Positions 9,801-16,081 of a stretch of 64,000 nucleotides of DNA are shown one piece after another. The stretch's first letter is position 1, and every line of letters begins with the position of its first letter. The notes below the pieces were generated by a model, which worked only from the letters and a program-made list of their open reading frames with translations, had not been told where the DNA came from and did not search any database. The translations under genes were made by a program, and so were the position numbers. Source of the DNA: a virus. The DNA lies in the IMG/VR virus record IMGVR_UViG_3300047470_000395, positions 32,001 to 96,000 of that record; one strand, written 5' to 3'.

Positions 9801-12333
9801 CGACCTGGTGGCCATGCCGGACGAGCGCCACGGCGACCAGGTGCGTGTCTTCCGCGTCATCGACGCCGAGGACGGCCCCGGAGGCGTGCGCAGCTTCCTC
9901 CTGGAGGACGAGAACCAGCAGTGGCGGCGCCGCGTCGTCCACGGGGCCATGCCCGTGTGGCAGCTCCCCGAGGCCGAGCCGGAGCCCGTTGTCCCGCCCG
10001 ACGTCGACGACACCGACGGCGCACCGGACTCTGCGGGTGACTCCGGATTCGGTATCCCCGGGGGCCCGATGCGCCGCGCTGGAGACGACCCTGCCGCGCC
10101 GACCGCCCCGACCGCTCCGACCGCCCCGACCGCTCCGGCCACGCCGGACGGCTCGAGCACCCCGGACGAGCCCACGGCGCCCGTCGCCCAGGTCCGCCCG
10201 GGAAGCCTGCGCCGCGGCGACGTCATCGACGCGCCCGTGAGCCGGACCGGCTACCAGTTCAACGGCCACCGGCGACTGACCATCATCAGCGAGCCGCAGC
10301 GCAACGGCTGGTGGATGCAGCTCACCGGCGTCGACGAGGACGGCAACGTCCACGACTTCGGGCTGCACAACGGCCGTGCCGTGAACGTCTACGACCGGAA
10401 CCGGCCCACCCCGGCCCTGCCTCCGGCCGGTACGCCCCGCGACCCCAACCAGGTGCCGCAGACCGACCTCAACCAGCTCGTCACCGACCACGGACGCGCC
10501 CACGCCGCCCGCATCATCGACGAGGCCATCGCAGGCACGGAGCCGCCCGGCGACATCCACGCCCTGCGTGAGGGCATCGCCCAGCGCCTCACCCCGGATG
10601 CCCTGGCCAACGCCCGCCAGGCGACCCGCCAGGACGGCATCGCTGCCCTCGACGCCGCGAGCATCACCGGCCGGGACCGGGCGAGCGCCCAGCGCCGCCT
10701 GCGCACCACCCGCAACCGGGCCCACGACGACACCGTGCGCGCGGCCCTGCGCACCATCAACGACCTCGAGCCCCTCGACGGCGAGAGCAACGAGGACCTG
10801 GCGGCCCGCGCCCGGGACCTGCTGCGCCTCATCCCGGACCAGGTCGCCGGCCGCCCAGACGCCGACCCCGACGCCGACCCCGACGTCACCCGGGCCGTGA
10901 CGGGACACGCCGACGACGCGGTGAACACGCTCCTGCAGCAGCTCCAGGCCGCGGGCGTGGACCCGGGCGACGCCGAGCGGATCGCCCGCGTGCTCACCCA
11001 GCAGATGGCCGGGACCCGGCAGGCCACCGCCCGCCGGATCGCGCGCCGGGTTGCCGCGGCGAACCCCGACGCCGGACGACAGCCGGGCCTCCTCGCCCGG
11101 ATCGTCGCCGCCCTGGTCCGCCTGGCCAAGCGGTTCGGGGAGCTGGTGAAGCAGGGAGCCCGGACGATCGCCGAGAAGTACCGCGACTCGCGCGAACGCC
11201 TCGCCCGCCTGCGCGCCTTCCTGGGCCGCATGGTGCGCCGTGTCCGGCAGTGGCCGGAGTCCCGCCGCCTGGCCCGCCTCCACCGTGCGGTGAACCTGCC
11301 GGACACGGACGGCGAGTCGCTCGCCGCACGGATCAGCCACTGGGCCGGACTCATGCCGGAGCCGGGCCGGTTCGGGCAGTCGCAGCGGCGCCTCACGTTC
11401 TGGCGGCCGACCACGTGGGCGCGCCTCGCGTCCGGTCATCTCCCGGACCGGTCGGACCGGATCCAGTGGACCCCGGACCGTGCAGCCGACGGCGGCCCCG
11501 GCCTGACCGGGCTCCGCCACATGGCAGCCCTGCGAATGGCCGGCCAGGACGTCGACACCGACGTGACCCGTCGTCTGTCCGCCGCTCTCGGCGACGACTT
11601 CGGGGACGACCCGCACGTCACGCTGCAGCACGCGGACGACTACGTGGCCGCGAGCGAGCGCCGCCTGGTCAACCTGCAAGCGGCCCGCAGTAGCGCGACC
11701 ATCCCGGACGACCCCGACCTCGACATCGAGATCACGGGCGCCCGCTCCGAGCTCGCGGCCGCCCGCCGGGAGTACTCGGACCTGCGGACGCGATACGCCG
11801 CCGCCGTGCCCGACGCCGTGGCCGCGTCCCTGGCCGACATCCGCGACATGGGCCCCGAGGGCACCGCCGCGATCGTGTTCGGCCCTGACACCGACCCGGA
11901 CGCCGAACGCGCCGTGCGAGGCGTCCAGCGGCTCATCCCCCGGTCATGGCTCAACACCGCCGAGGCACGCCGCTTGACGGCCGTGGACGGCACCCAGGGC
12001 CGGTACGAGCCGGAGGGACAGCGGGCCACGGTCGCCGACCTGGCCGACGAGGGACTCGGCACGGCCGGGTTCGCCCTGGGCCAGCACTTCGCCGGACACC
12101 TCGGCGACCTCGACGCCGCGCAGCGCGCGTTCCAGTTCAGCCGGACCCACACCGGCCGGCCGGGCGCCCGCCGGATGCAGCGCAGCCCGTGGGACCGGAT
12201 CCGGCGACGGCAGCAGACGCAACCGGAGACCGGTGACACTCTCGCCCGGTCCATTCAGGCGATGTTTAGTGGCGACTGGTACCAGGACGACGACATGCGC
12301 GCGTTCCTCCTGGGCCTGCTCGCCACGCGATAA
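862..12333 (+). CDS. Giant (~3,820 aa) multidomain virion-associated / polyvalent-like protein
   Basis: Uninterrupted ORF with typical GC3 bias in the head module; N-terminal WNPSLHPRDSKGRF motif; repeated 'L-x-x-GD-x-V' beta modules; degenerate zincin-like C-terminus. Confidence 0.85.
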   Translation: MLNRPAAAHAELQDLSDGLEVKAARRWNPSLHPRDSKGRFIETGGIVRLWGGDLARVMRALPNDRILVQDQTGPDEFNGRRHTTSAKWVSMVARPDGSAPTDNEHKVEAEDEKRDKDARRGNGVVHDDIGDPDTPNDAHAVDDRGRAIGEDDHPVGPRENDDQDEPEHGRHPVNVRALPNQSTAGGSRFQDTAAVRQHFLDLADRPDTRPEMAQFLRSVATDEDLRVSGDLAVLRDDSTGRWYLTATGTGQRMDLAGDFATPEEASEFARHLRRTAPTKGTAIRSLARGFDFSNPDLDAEARTWRSDRDENIAAAIKRARGEFDASRSAPASDAARAPHADAGTPETVSREELKPGDRVKVTVSRSDIEWPTSTRDQDKPETVTVEGTIAPTHSAGPGVSGATLVDVTLTSPDGTVMTSGDTARIRRMPTQVARSGHTDGFTPEERRADRVRVGDVIARGEFGHVVTRIDRGQGGRAFTTRNLGGRGEVDQFGARHGDMLSVVPKARRRPEDVQRDTPGHTQQHPNSRDAKGAAAAILSDWAKVNELAAQQWPDGAPEEFRTLAQHMQNVTDAPKGADGYQQNADAMRGALDALHGLDSEGVSQDMVKALHRLEEGLDANADRFEADSRAITENKRKREAVNAPNPDAPAAPNAPQSNAPTNDHPTGEPLQHNWDPENLVTLTMPEALANFLNVDETAAMEDPDTRKALTEAVHGRNGILKVTAPIETHRALLEWAWTLAGGEGLDSDPKEVRAHRNYTKRVDEAAAKLERERQHRGAPDANGNAPDAGTDDGKTDAPSANTPGADTSEPQNTPDTVTMTPDEVSNHLDAVRPEGSKAPSRMDDGEIRDEIVSLMEREMANGGELSGVDRTRLQVLEAEEARRAGRAPKREDKPKPKPAEEPGGLFDVAPDEQQQFVADPNNPDDLADDPLGTPDMFANHEGRDTSRLRPPQSRKPADFKPGDRFVDTDGRTHTVKEEPIRTPRGRIRVVDEDGGEHFLAPDKELRVLHEGEDAPAVPETNAPDANAPESGAPSADTPETGTPGADAADTPNNAPEGGTPDTPDDSVAPPAPVGDASPTSMSNEDIDAELEALQAWQNRHVASSGEGPRVQGSPMVALSPVGNRRGALREEQRKREVARQDKERKEKEKQDRAAALARSEIGNRAADGSYPVTVDGENAGSVSQTARKWQYTDAEGRRSPDFYPSRAQAVAALVSNRDVRRNNDAQHARQDQARTQTPNGWALGDRADVAENDIIRIPRMGRDRDGRPYPEGWGQPVRVNRVERRDDGTTIVSYSNPDGSYAGGSPLFLRGPDDSFAWANDRTRPEPTPAWRHELRPRMADIGDDVATLLNHADGLDDQDQERMRRLGELIRRVEDGDTEDLQADLRKIRDEAAWLEEQFSREDLPFETRRYKSWATAAHGKAQRSLDHPDFQHGSTADGPDNAPGNAPDADAPSADGVPDWANDLGDGVWLDEPRSTGGPRNIYVDGQIEGLLGRDRPKGRYYWWRPGGQTSQERFDTPEEAARAFAREMRENNLPSLSTPNDGGNGHDDRASRARDLFGEGMNAVGGDSLPEMQELNDRLGRADSSDDRDAELRDVADRMDELADQYGLAGPQGELAADQFRRAARAARGEHDDHNGDNGDGQPDATPITDGESNNGQDDQQRSDDQGDGQQDDNQPSNQDDNQGDNQGDDEESRRRDNPNPDGDAAGPDGAPDGGGPGAPDDTNDSSDSNNDQSNGPDNSDDSTDEPNPDEENQDSEEEKRRKRRRRNRNGGGGTGGPGGGGPGGLGLPHLSLPNLNVPAGTGGNGGNGSHGDGHHPRTPHNPRPHDVDSLRNAWRSGQGLTAGEDTPERRAHLADLADREGLTLSPQGGLALYPEQQDDGTTVWRFAQARNGSNLPGITLTTDDPEEARALAGRFEEITDANGDPFDWHQPQGPASVAAWRDGEGRTLPQAIRAVQDDYQQERAGAFNLPEDLTGMDDADLEAAMRQGLGPEDELRVMAEMDRRDGYVDERVRAAAQATPPTNADEAEREGRAMDEALRFGDTDVTQPAPATPGRLRREFDALDEERFQAAMQATGGRMLSPEAEAQGIDPRALFSGGKYSNKQAKELASPELKHWFDGDDNTPGNGRLTYPQYRARETDRALRAEFADWDEARYRQAVDFTNGYFFRREYKYGFTDFNERELFSGGSLSARDRWMQYASDELQEWFDLNGGRQTFAQFREARRANDRAERHQHEEEELQRAAGGTPEGGAPNGAGPLTDDDVTPAPPFNAATPESESDASFRFGGRDRMQQFADRAEVRPDGATSEGVWLNGRQIGTIHNVNGANADREPVWDASPFYGLDHSANSRSQSRDTAIANLVVRALQNGPTDSSNPSEDMWDSVTLHLAGLTHPLPELPEALRDDPEARARYDRLSSMVDSFRDQQSPTGDLRQDLAQARDDFAWLHDALEGQARTPQQREELSDLKTRTFWADRLQHGLGEPNSDLERPHAPGEPQGAGDAPSPAVPTPEPANAPDDTADPSATPEPEPEPNPDPIGGQPAHWARVGDLAQGDMVRMNGTTRRGRPVQRAGYVQSTPELVDVTRRGRTDQMWRTWVTENPDGTGAAGNVYTSANATAARAEAPDNVVPGSPASGAQASLRSGDLPDQIPADRDGNGLFPGSTVRGTNDREGTITGAAPTTVSVHWSDGNDDDALPATTLTVTNAQRPDGWTADGHRVTTQSIVSDSDGALLGPVDDVAGDNVTVHTTDGTITRSAGDLRVTGQVRDDAPPTAPVTGIDEPAAADLKDGDVVVLDLDGQLSTVAITSPPHHDGDRVTLQYADTTTGEMGEIDVDARAVLPRAQGPDGGAPDLGPDNAPEPADDLTVHPTPRTVDPVTGPTVDPDLDSSDRNVIGDHADGPDTDPDAHQAAVRITSDLPVTPEQAQALATQLRSAADPSTLEGRAALRAADHLDRAAGRTPPTGLDRPRASNAAQIGEGDLVAMPDERHGDQVRVFRVIDAEDGPGGVRSFLLEDENQQWRRRVVHGAMPVWQLPEAEPEPVVPPDVDDTDGAPDSAGDSGFGIPGGPMRRAGDDPAAPTAPTAPTAPTAPATPDGSSTPDEPTAPVAQVRPGSLRRGDVIDAPVSRTGYQFNGHRRLTIISEPQRNGWWMQLTGVDEDGNVHDFGLHNGRAVNVYDRNRPTPALPPAGTPRDPNQVPQTDLNQLVTDHGRAHAARIIDEAIAGTEPPGDIHALREGIAQRLTPDALANARQATRQDGIAALDAASITGRDRASAQRRLRTTRNRAHDDTVRAALRTINDLEPLDGESNEDLAARARDLLRLIPDQVAGRPDADPDADPDVTRAVTGHADDAVNTLLQQLQAAGVDPGDAERIARVLTQQMAGTRQATARRIARRVAAANPDAGRQPGLLARIVAALVRLAKRFGELVKQGARTIAEKYRDSRERLARLRAFLGRMVRRVRQWPESRRLARLHRAVNLPDTDGESLAARISHWAGLMPEPGRFGQSQRRLTFWRPTTWARLASGHLPDRSDRIQWTPDRAADGGPGLTGLRHMAALRMAGQDVDTDVTRRLSAALGDDFGDDPHVTLQHADDYVAASERRLVNLQAARSSATIPDDPDLDIEITGARSELAAARREYSDLRTRYAAAVPDAVAASLADIRDMGPEGTAAIVFGPDTDPDAERAVRGVQRLIPRSWLNTAEARRLTAVDGTQGRYEPEGQRATVADLADEGLGTAGFALGQHFAGHLGDLDAAQRAFQFSRTHTGRPGARRMQRSPWDRIRRRQQTQPETGDTLARSIQAMFSGDWYQDDDMRAFLLGLLATR

Positions 12334-12342
12334 GGAGGCAGC

Positions 12343-12612
12343 GTGTTCACCGTCACCGGCGCATTCGATGACGGTGCGACCTACACCGTGCAGATCACCG
12401 GGCGGGCAGACCGCCCGGTGATCGGGTCGCACCGGGCCGCGGCCCTCGTGGAGCTCCACCTGGGCGAGAAGGTCCTCCTGTCCCCGACCGGCCCCCTGGC
12501 GGCCGTTGCCGGGGACGACGGGGCGTCCGTGCTCGCAGTGCTGCGCGAGTACACCAACGTGATCGAGGAGAGCGGCGGCGTACCCCGGCAGGCGAGCGTG
12601 CCCGGGAGCTGA
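12343..12612 (+). CDS. Hypothetical protein directly downstream of the giant gene
   Basis: AAGGAGG RBS, GTG start, 89 aa. Confidence 0.7.
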   Translation: MFTVTGAFDDGATYTVQITGRADRPVIGSHRAAALVELHLGEKVLLSPTGPLAAVAGDDGASVLAVLREYTNVIEESGGVPRQASVPGS

Positions 12613-12621
12613 TCCGAGGCG

Positions 12622-12649
12622 CTTGCCCAATTGGGCAAGAACGATCTTG
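12622..12649. repeat. 28-bp palindromic motif copy 2
   Basis: Identical to copy 1. Confidence 0.85.
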
Positions 12650-12671
12650 GGCAGTGGGGCGGCGAGGTGGC

Positions 12672-12702
12672 GGCGACACAAGCCGCTCCGCTCGCTCATC
12701 CT
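12672..12702 (+). promoter_or_regulatory. Putative late promoter (leaderless)
   Basis: GGCGACACAAGCC...CATCCT; GTG at 12710 lies 7 nt after the -10 hexamer. Confidence 0.6.
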
Positions 12703-12709
12703 CCGCCCC

Positions 12710-13348
12710 GTGACCAGATACGGATTCGCCATCAAGGCTCTCCCCAAGGGCGCCAAGCCTTTCGGGCAGGAAGACGACAAGAACAAGGAGAACCCGGGGC
12801 TCGAGACATCCAGCCCCGGCGCCTCCGACAGCGACACCTCCCTGGACCCCGCGGACGAGCTGCCCGAGGACCCGACGGCGGCCCCGTTCGCGCCCGCCGA
12901 CGACCCCGCGGCGCCCCCGGAGGACCCTGCAGCCTCCCCTGCCGCGGACGCTCCACCGGCGGGAGACGGCACCGGAGAGGAGCCGACGGACGCCCCGCCA
13001 CAGCCGGAAGGTGACTCCCGCCCCTGGGCCGGAGACGAGTACAACGAGGGCGAGGAGACCGATCCCGACGGCCCCCTGTCGTGGTCTGCGTTCACCGGCG
13101 GCAACGGGGAACAGGCTTGGCTCGACAAAGCCCAGGACGGCACACTGACCGGATGGGTGCGGGACTCCACCGGCCAGGTGTGGCGCTACACCGACCCCGA
13201 CGCGTGGGCGCTCGACGTCGACGGCGCCCACATGACGCAGACGCACCACAACGGCGAGGACAACGCCCAAGCGGCCGGGGACGGCACGCAGGGCGGACAG
13301 CCCCCGGACGACCGGGGCAAGCAGGACCTGATGTTCGCGGGCCAGTGA
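12710..13348 (+). CDS. Acidic Pro-rich hypothetical protein with a Trp-rich C-terminal domain
   Basis: In-frame GTG at 12710 (VTRYGFAIKALP...); the ORF-track start at 12623 lies inside the palindrome. Confidence 0.7.
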   Translation: MTRYGFAIKALPKGAKPFGQEDDKNKENPGLETSSPGASDSDTSLDPADELPEDPTAAPFAPADDPAAPPEDPAASPAADAPPAGDGTGEEPTDAPPQPEGDSRPWAGDEYNEGEETDPDGPLSWSAFTGGNGEQAWLDKAQDGTLTGWVRDSTGQVWRYTDPDAWALDVDGAHMTQTHHNGEDNAQAAGDGTQGGQPPDDRGKQDLMFAGQ

Positions 13349-13358
13349 GGAGAGTCGA

Positions 13359-13574
13359 GTGAAGCTCAACCGGCAGGCGTTCCAGGACCTGCTCAACGAG
13401 GGCAAGGCCGCGTACGCGGCGGGAGACCCATCCGACTCGTGCCCGTACAACATGTACGGCGCAGACGTAGAGGAGCGGTTCGGGTACCGCTACTGGACCC
13501 GCGGATGGGTCATGGCCCGGTCTGAGGCCGAAGCCCAGGCTGCCCAGCCTGTAGGAGCCAGCGCAGGACAGTAA
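13359..13574 (+). CDS. Rmf/CrpP-fold small protein
   Basis: EGKAAYAAG...CPY...YWTRGW resembles the Rmf pattern G-x-x-A-x-x-x-G...CPY...W-x-x-GW; GAGGAG RBS. Confidence 0.6.
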   Translation: MKLNRQAFQDLLNEGKAAYAAGDPSDSCPYNMYGADVEERFGYRYWTRGWVMARSEAEAQAAQPVGASAGQ

Positions 13575-13594
13575 GGCCCTCCACTCGGCACGGT
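13564..13594 (+). promoter_or_regulatory. Putative late promoter (variant) upstream of the prohead protease
   Basis: CAGGACAGTAAGG...CACGGT at the same spacing. Confidence 0.45.
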
Positions 13595-13633
13595 GCCCGG
13601 CGGCCCACTGTCCACCGCCGGAGGTTCCCCGCC

Positions 13634-15856
13634 GTGCCGAGCGCTGCTCCACCCACCAGATCCACCCGTCCCAGCACCACCCAGCGAGGCACCAGCCGGG
13701 CAATCTACGCCGTGACGGGCGTGGTCGACGAGGTCGATGACCTCATCCTGCCTGGTGCTTTCACCCGCACCCTGGCTTCACGGCCCGTCAAGTCCGTGTG
13801 GCATCACGGGTGGAAGGACCCTGTCGGCGTCGTCCTCGAGTGCGAGGAGTGGCTGCCCGGGGACGTCCGATTCAAGAGCGTGCCCGACTGGCCCCCCGAG
13901 GCCGGCGCGCTCGTCGCCACCGTGCTCTACAACCTGCGCACCCAGCAGGGCCGCGACGCCTACGAGCAGGTCAAGCAGTGGCATGAGCACAAGCAGGCCG
14001 CGTTCTCGATCGGCTTCCGCGTCCCTGAGTGGGGCGCCTCCACCCGCAACAAGATCCGTGTCATCCACGACATGGACCTGTTCGAGGTCTCGCCCGTTCT
14101 GCACGGCGCGCACCCGATGACCCGCTCCCTCGAGGTGAAGTCCGCCGCCGGTAGCGGCCACGACGGGCTCGAGTACAAGTCCACGCCCGGCCCCGTAGAG
14201 ATCGACGTCGTCGCCTCCTCAAAGAGCGATGACGCCGTCAAGGTCGCGGGACTGGTCGTCAAGGCCGCCGACACGGGCCGCGTCCTGATGATCCAGCGCG
14301 CCCTCGACGACGAGGACCCGGCCGCGGGCACCTGGGAGTTCCCCGGCGGACATGGGGAGGACGACGAGGACCCGCTCCAGACTGCGATCCGCGAGTGGGG
14401 TGAGGAGACCGGCTCGACGCTCCCCGGCACCACCAGCGTCGTCGGGTCCTGGACAGCCCCGAACGGCATCTACCGGCTCTACGTGGCAGTCGTCCCGACC
14501 GAGGCGTCTGTACCGATCAACACCCCGCACGACGAACGCCGGATCGCCAATCCGGATGACCCGGTTGGCGACGCGACCGAGGTCACCGCCTGGTGGCCGA
14601 TCACGGCTCTCCCCGATATGCCGCTCCTGCGGCAGGAGTGCCGCGAAACCCCGTGGGACCTCCTGGCCGGCGCTGCCCTGCCGAAGCCCTCCGGGCCGAC
14701 CCTCGACCCCGTGAAGGTCGCGGCCGGGACCGTCGCTGCCCAGGACTTCGCCGACGGTGTGCTGTCCCGATACCGGGCCCTCGCCGCCGCCGAGAAGAAG
14801 TCCGCGCACGCCGCGGTGCAGGGCGCCCGTACCCGGCCGCACCTCGAGCACAAGTCCGCCCGCGTCATCGTCGCCGAGGCCAAGTCCGCCGGCGGCGCGG
14901 ACCAGAACCGCGGGGACGCCGAGCAGTTGCGGCACTGGTACGTCCGCGGTGAGGGCGCAGCTCAAATCGGCTGGGGCACTCCCGGCGACTTCGACCGCTG
15001 CGTGTCCATCGCCGGACGCCACATGAGCCCGGAGAACGCCAAGGGCTACTGCAATCTCCGCCACAAGGACGCCCTGGGCATCTACCCCGCCACCCACGCG
15101 GCCGAGAGCAAGAGCGCTCGCCGCGCTGTCCTCGAAGCCAAAGCACGACTCAGCGCCAGCACTGGAGACCCCATGGACCCGATCCAGACCCTGCCCCAGT
15201 CGTTCGAGCAGATCCGCGACCGCCTCGGCCAGGCCGTCCGCATGCTGCTCGCTCCCGATGACGACACCTGGGCGTGCATCCACGGCACCTACCCGGACCA
15301 CGTCATCGCCTCGGTGCACTCCGGCGAAGAGGGAGAGGAGCACTACCTGGTGCCGTACACCCTCGACGGCGACGACGTGGACCTGGGCACGCCGAAGCCG
15401 GTCACGCTGGCCACCGTCGTTGTCTCCGACGAGGACGACGACGAGCCGCGCGAGGCCGACGAGGACGAGGAGGCCGAAGCCCGCGTCGTTCAGCCCACGG
15501 TCGACGCGCTCAGCGACGCGACCGCGCGGATCAGCACCACCACCGCGGGCCCGAAGCAGCTCGAGGATGTCCGCGACAAGGTCCGTGACCTGATCGCCGC
15601 CCTGTCGGCGAAGGGACTCGACGTCGCCGACGCACAGCCCGCACGCCGCGGGCCGGCGGCCGCAGCGTCGGGGCTGGACCTGTGGGACGAGGACGACGAG
15701 GAGACGCCCGACGACACCGGGGACGGCGATCCCGAAGGCGACGGAGGAGACCCCGCGGGCGACCAGGACGACCCGACCCTCAAGCCGAAGGACGACGACG
15801 CCGTCCGCCTGGACCCCGACGAGGTGAGGGCCGCACTCGCCGCACTGCGGAGCTGA
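13634..15856 (+). CDS. HK97-family prohead protease fused to a Nudix hydrolase and additional domains
   Basis: VDEVDDLILPGAF, WHH, FSIGF and LFEVSPV protease motifs; Nudix box GHGEDDEDPLQTAIREWGEETG (~14348-14413); GGAGG RBS. Confidence 0.88.
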   Translation: MPSAAPPTRSTRPSTTQRGTSRAIYAVTGVVDEVDDLILPGAFTRTLASRPVKSVWHHGWKDPVGVVLECEEWLPGDVRFKSVPDWPPEAGALVATVLYNLRTQQGRDAYEQVKQWHEHKQAAFSIGFRVPEWGASTRNKIRVIHDMDLFEVSPVLHGAHPMTRSLEVKSAAGSGHDGLEYKSTPGPVEIDVVASSKSDDAVKVAGLVVKAADTGRVLMIQRALDDEDPAAGTWEFPGGHGEDDEDPLQTAIREWGEETGSTLPGTTSVVGSWTAPNGIYRLYVAVVPTEASVPINTPHDERRIANPDDPVGDATEVTAWWPITALPDMPLLRQECRETPWDLLAGAALPKPSGPTLDPVKVAAGTVAAQDFADGVLSRYRALAAAEKKSAHAAVQGARTRPHLEHKSARVIVAEAKSAGGADQNRGDAEQLRHWYVRGEGAAQIGWGTPGDFDRCVSIAGRHMSPENAKGYCNLRHKDALGIYPATHAAESKSARRAVLEAKARLSASTGDPMDPIQTLPQSFEQIRDRLGQAVRMLLAPDDDTWACIHGTYPDHVIASVHSGEEGEEHYLVPYTLDGDDVDLGTPKPVTLATVVVSDEDDDEPREADEDEEAEARVVQPTVDALSDATARISTTTAGPKQLEDVRDKVRDLIAALSAKGLDVADAQPARRGPAAAASGLDLWDEDDEETPDDTGDGDPEGDGGDPAGDQDDPTLKPKDDDAVRLDPDEVRAALAALRS

Positions 15857-15931
15857 GTTGCACCCTCGCGACCACTCCACCCCCACGGCCCCGCTCCACT
15901 GCAGTTAACAAAACCGCAGGTCAAACCCCAT

Positions 15932-15967
15932 GCGCTGCCCGCTCTTGACGTCTCGAGCGGGCAGCGC
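15932..15967. terminator. Stem-loop upstream of the capsid promoter
   Basis: GCGCTGCCCGCTC / GAGCGGGCAGCGC perfect 13-bp stem. Confidence 0.55.
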
Positions 15968-15997
15968 GCGACGTTAACCCCCCTCTCCCACTTTCAT
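15967..15997 (+). promoter_or_regulatory. Putative late promoter for the major capsid gene
   Basis: CGCGACGTTAACC; -10 position reads TTTCAT (divergent). Confidence 0.55.
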
Positions 15998-16081
15998 CAC
16001 GCCTCGCGTTGAGGCGTCCCGGTGCTGGCCGGGCGAACGGCGCACGTCAACCGCCACCCCAGCATCAGGGAGAGCCCCGCA

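Noticed and set aside
430-11679. Long minus-strand ORFs opposite the giant gene (e.g. 430-2853, 3379-6429, 7714-11679)
   Set aside because: Antisense shadows of a GC3-biased gene; V/G/R-rich with no motifs
12623-12709. ORF-track N-termini 'MPNWARTIL' / 'MPNWAS' (also 19775)
   Set aside because: Translations of the palindrome; real starts lie downstream (12710, 21155)
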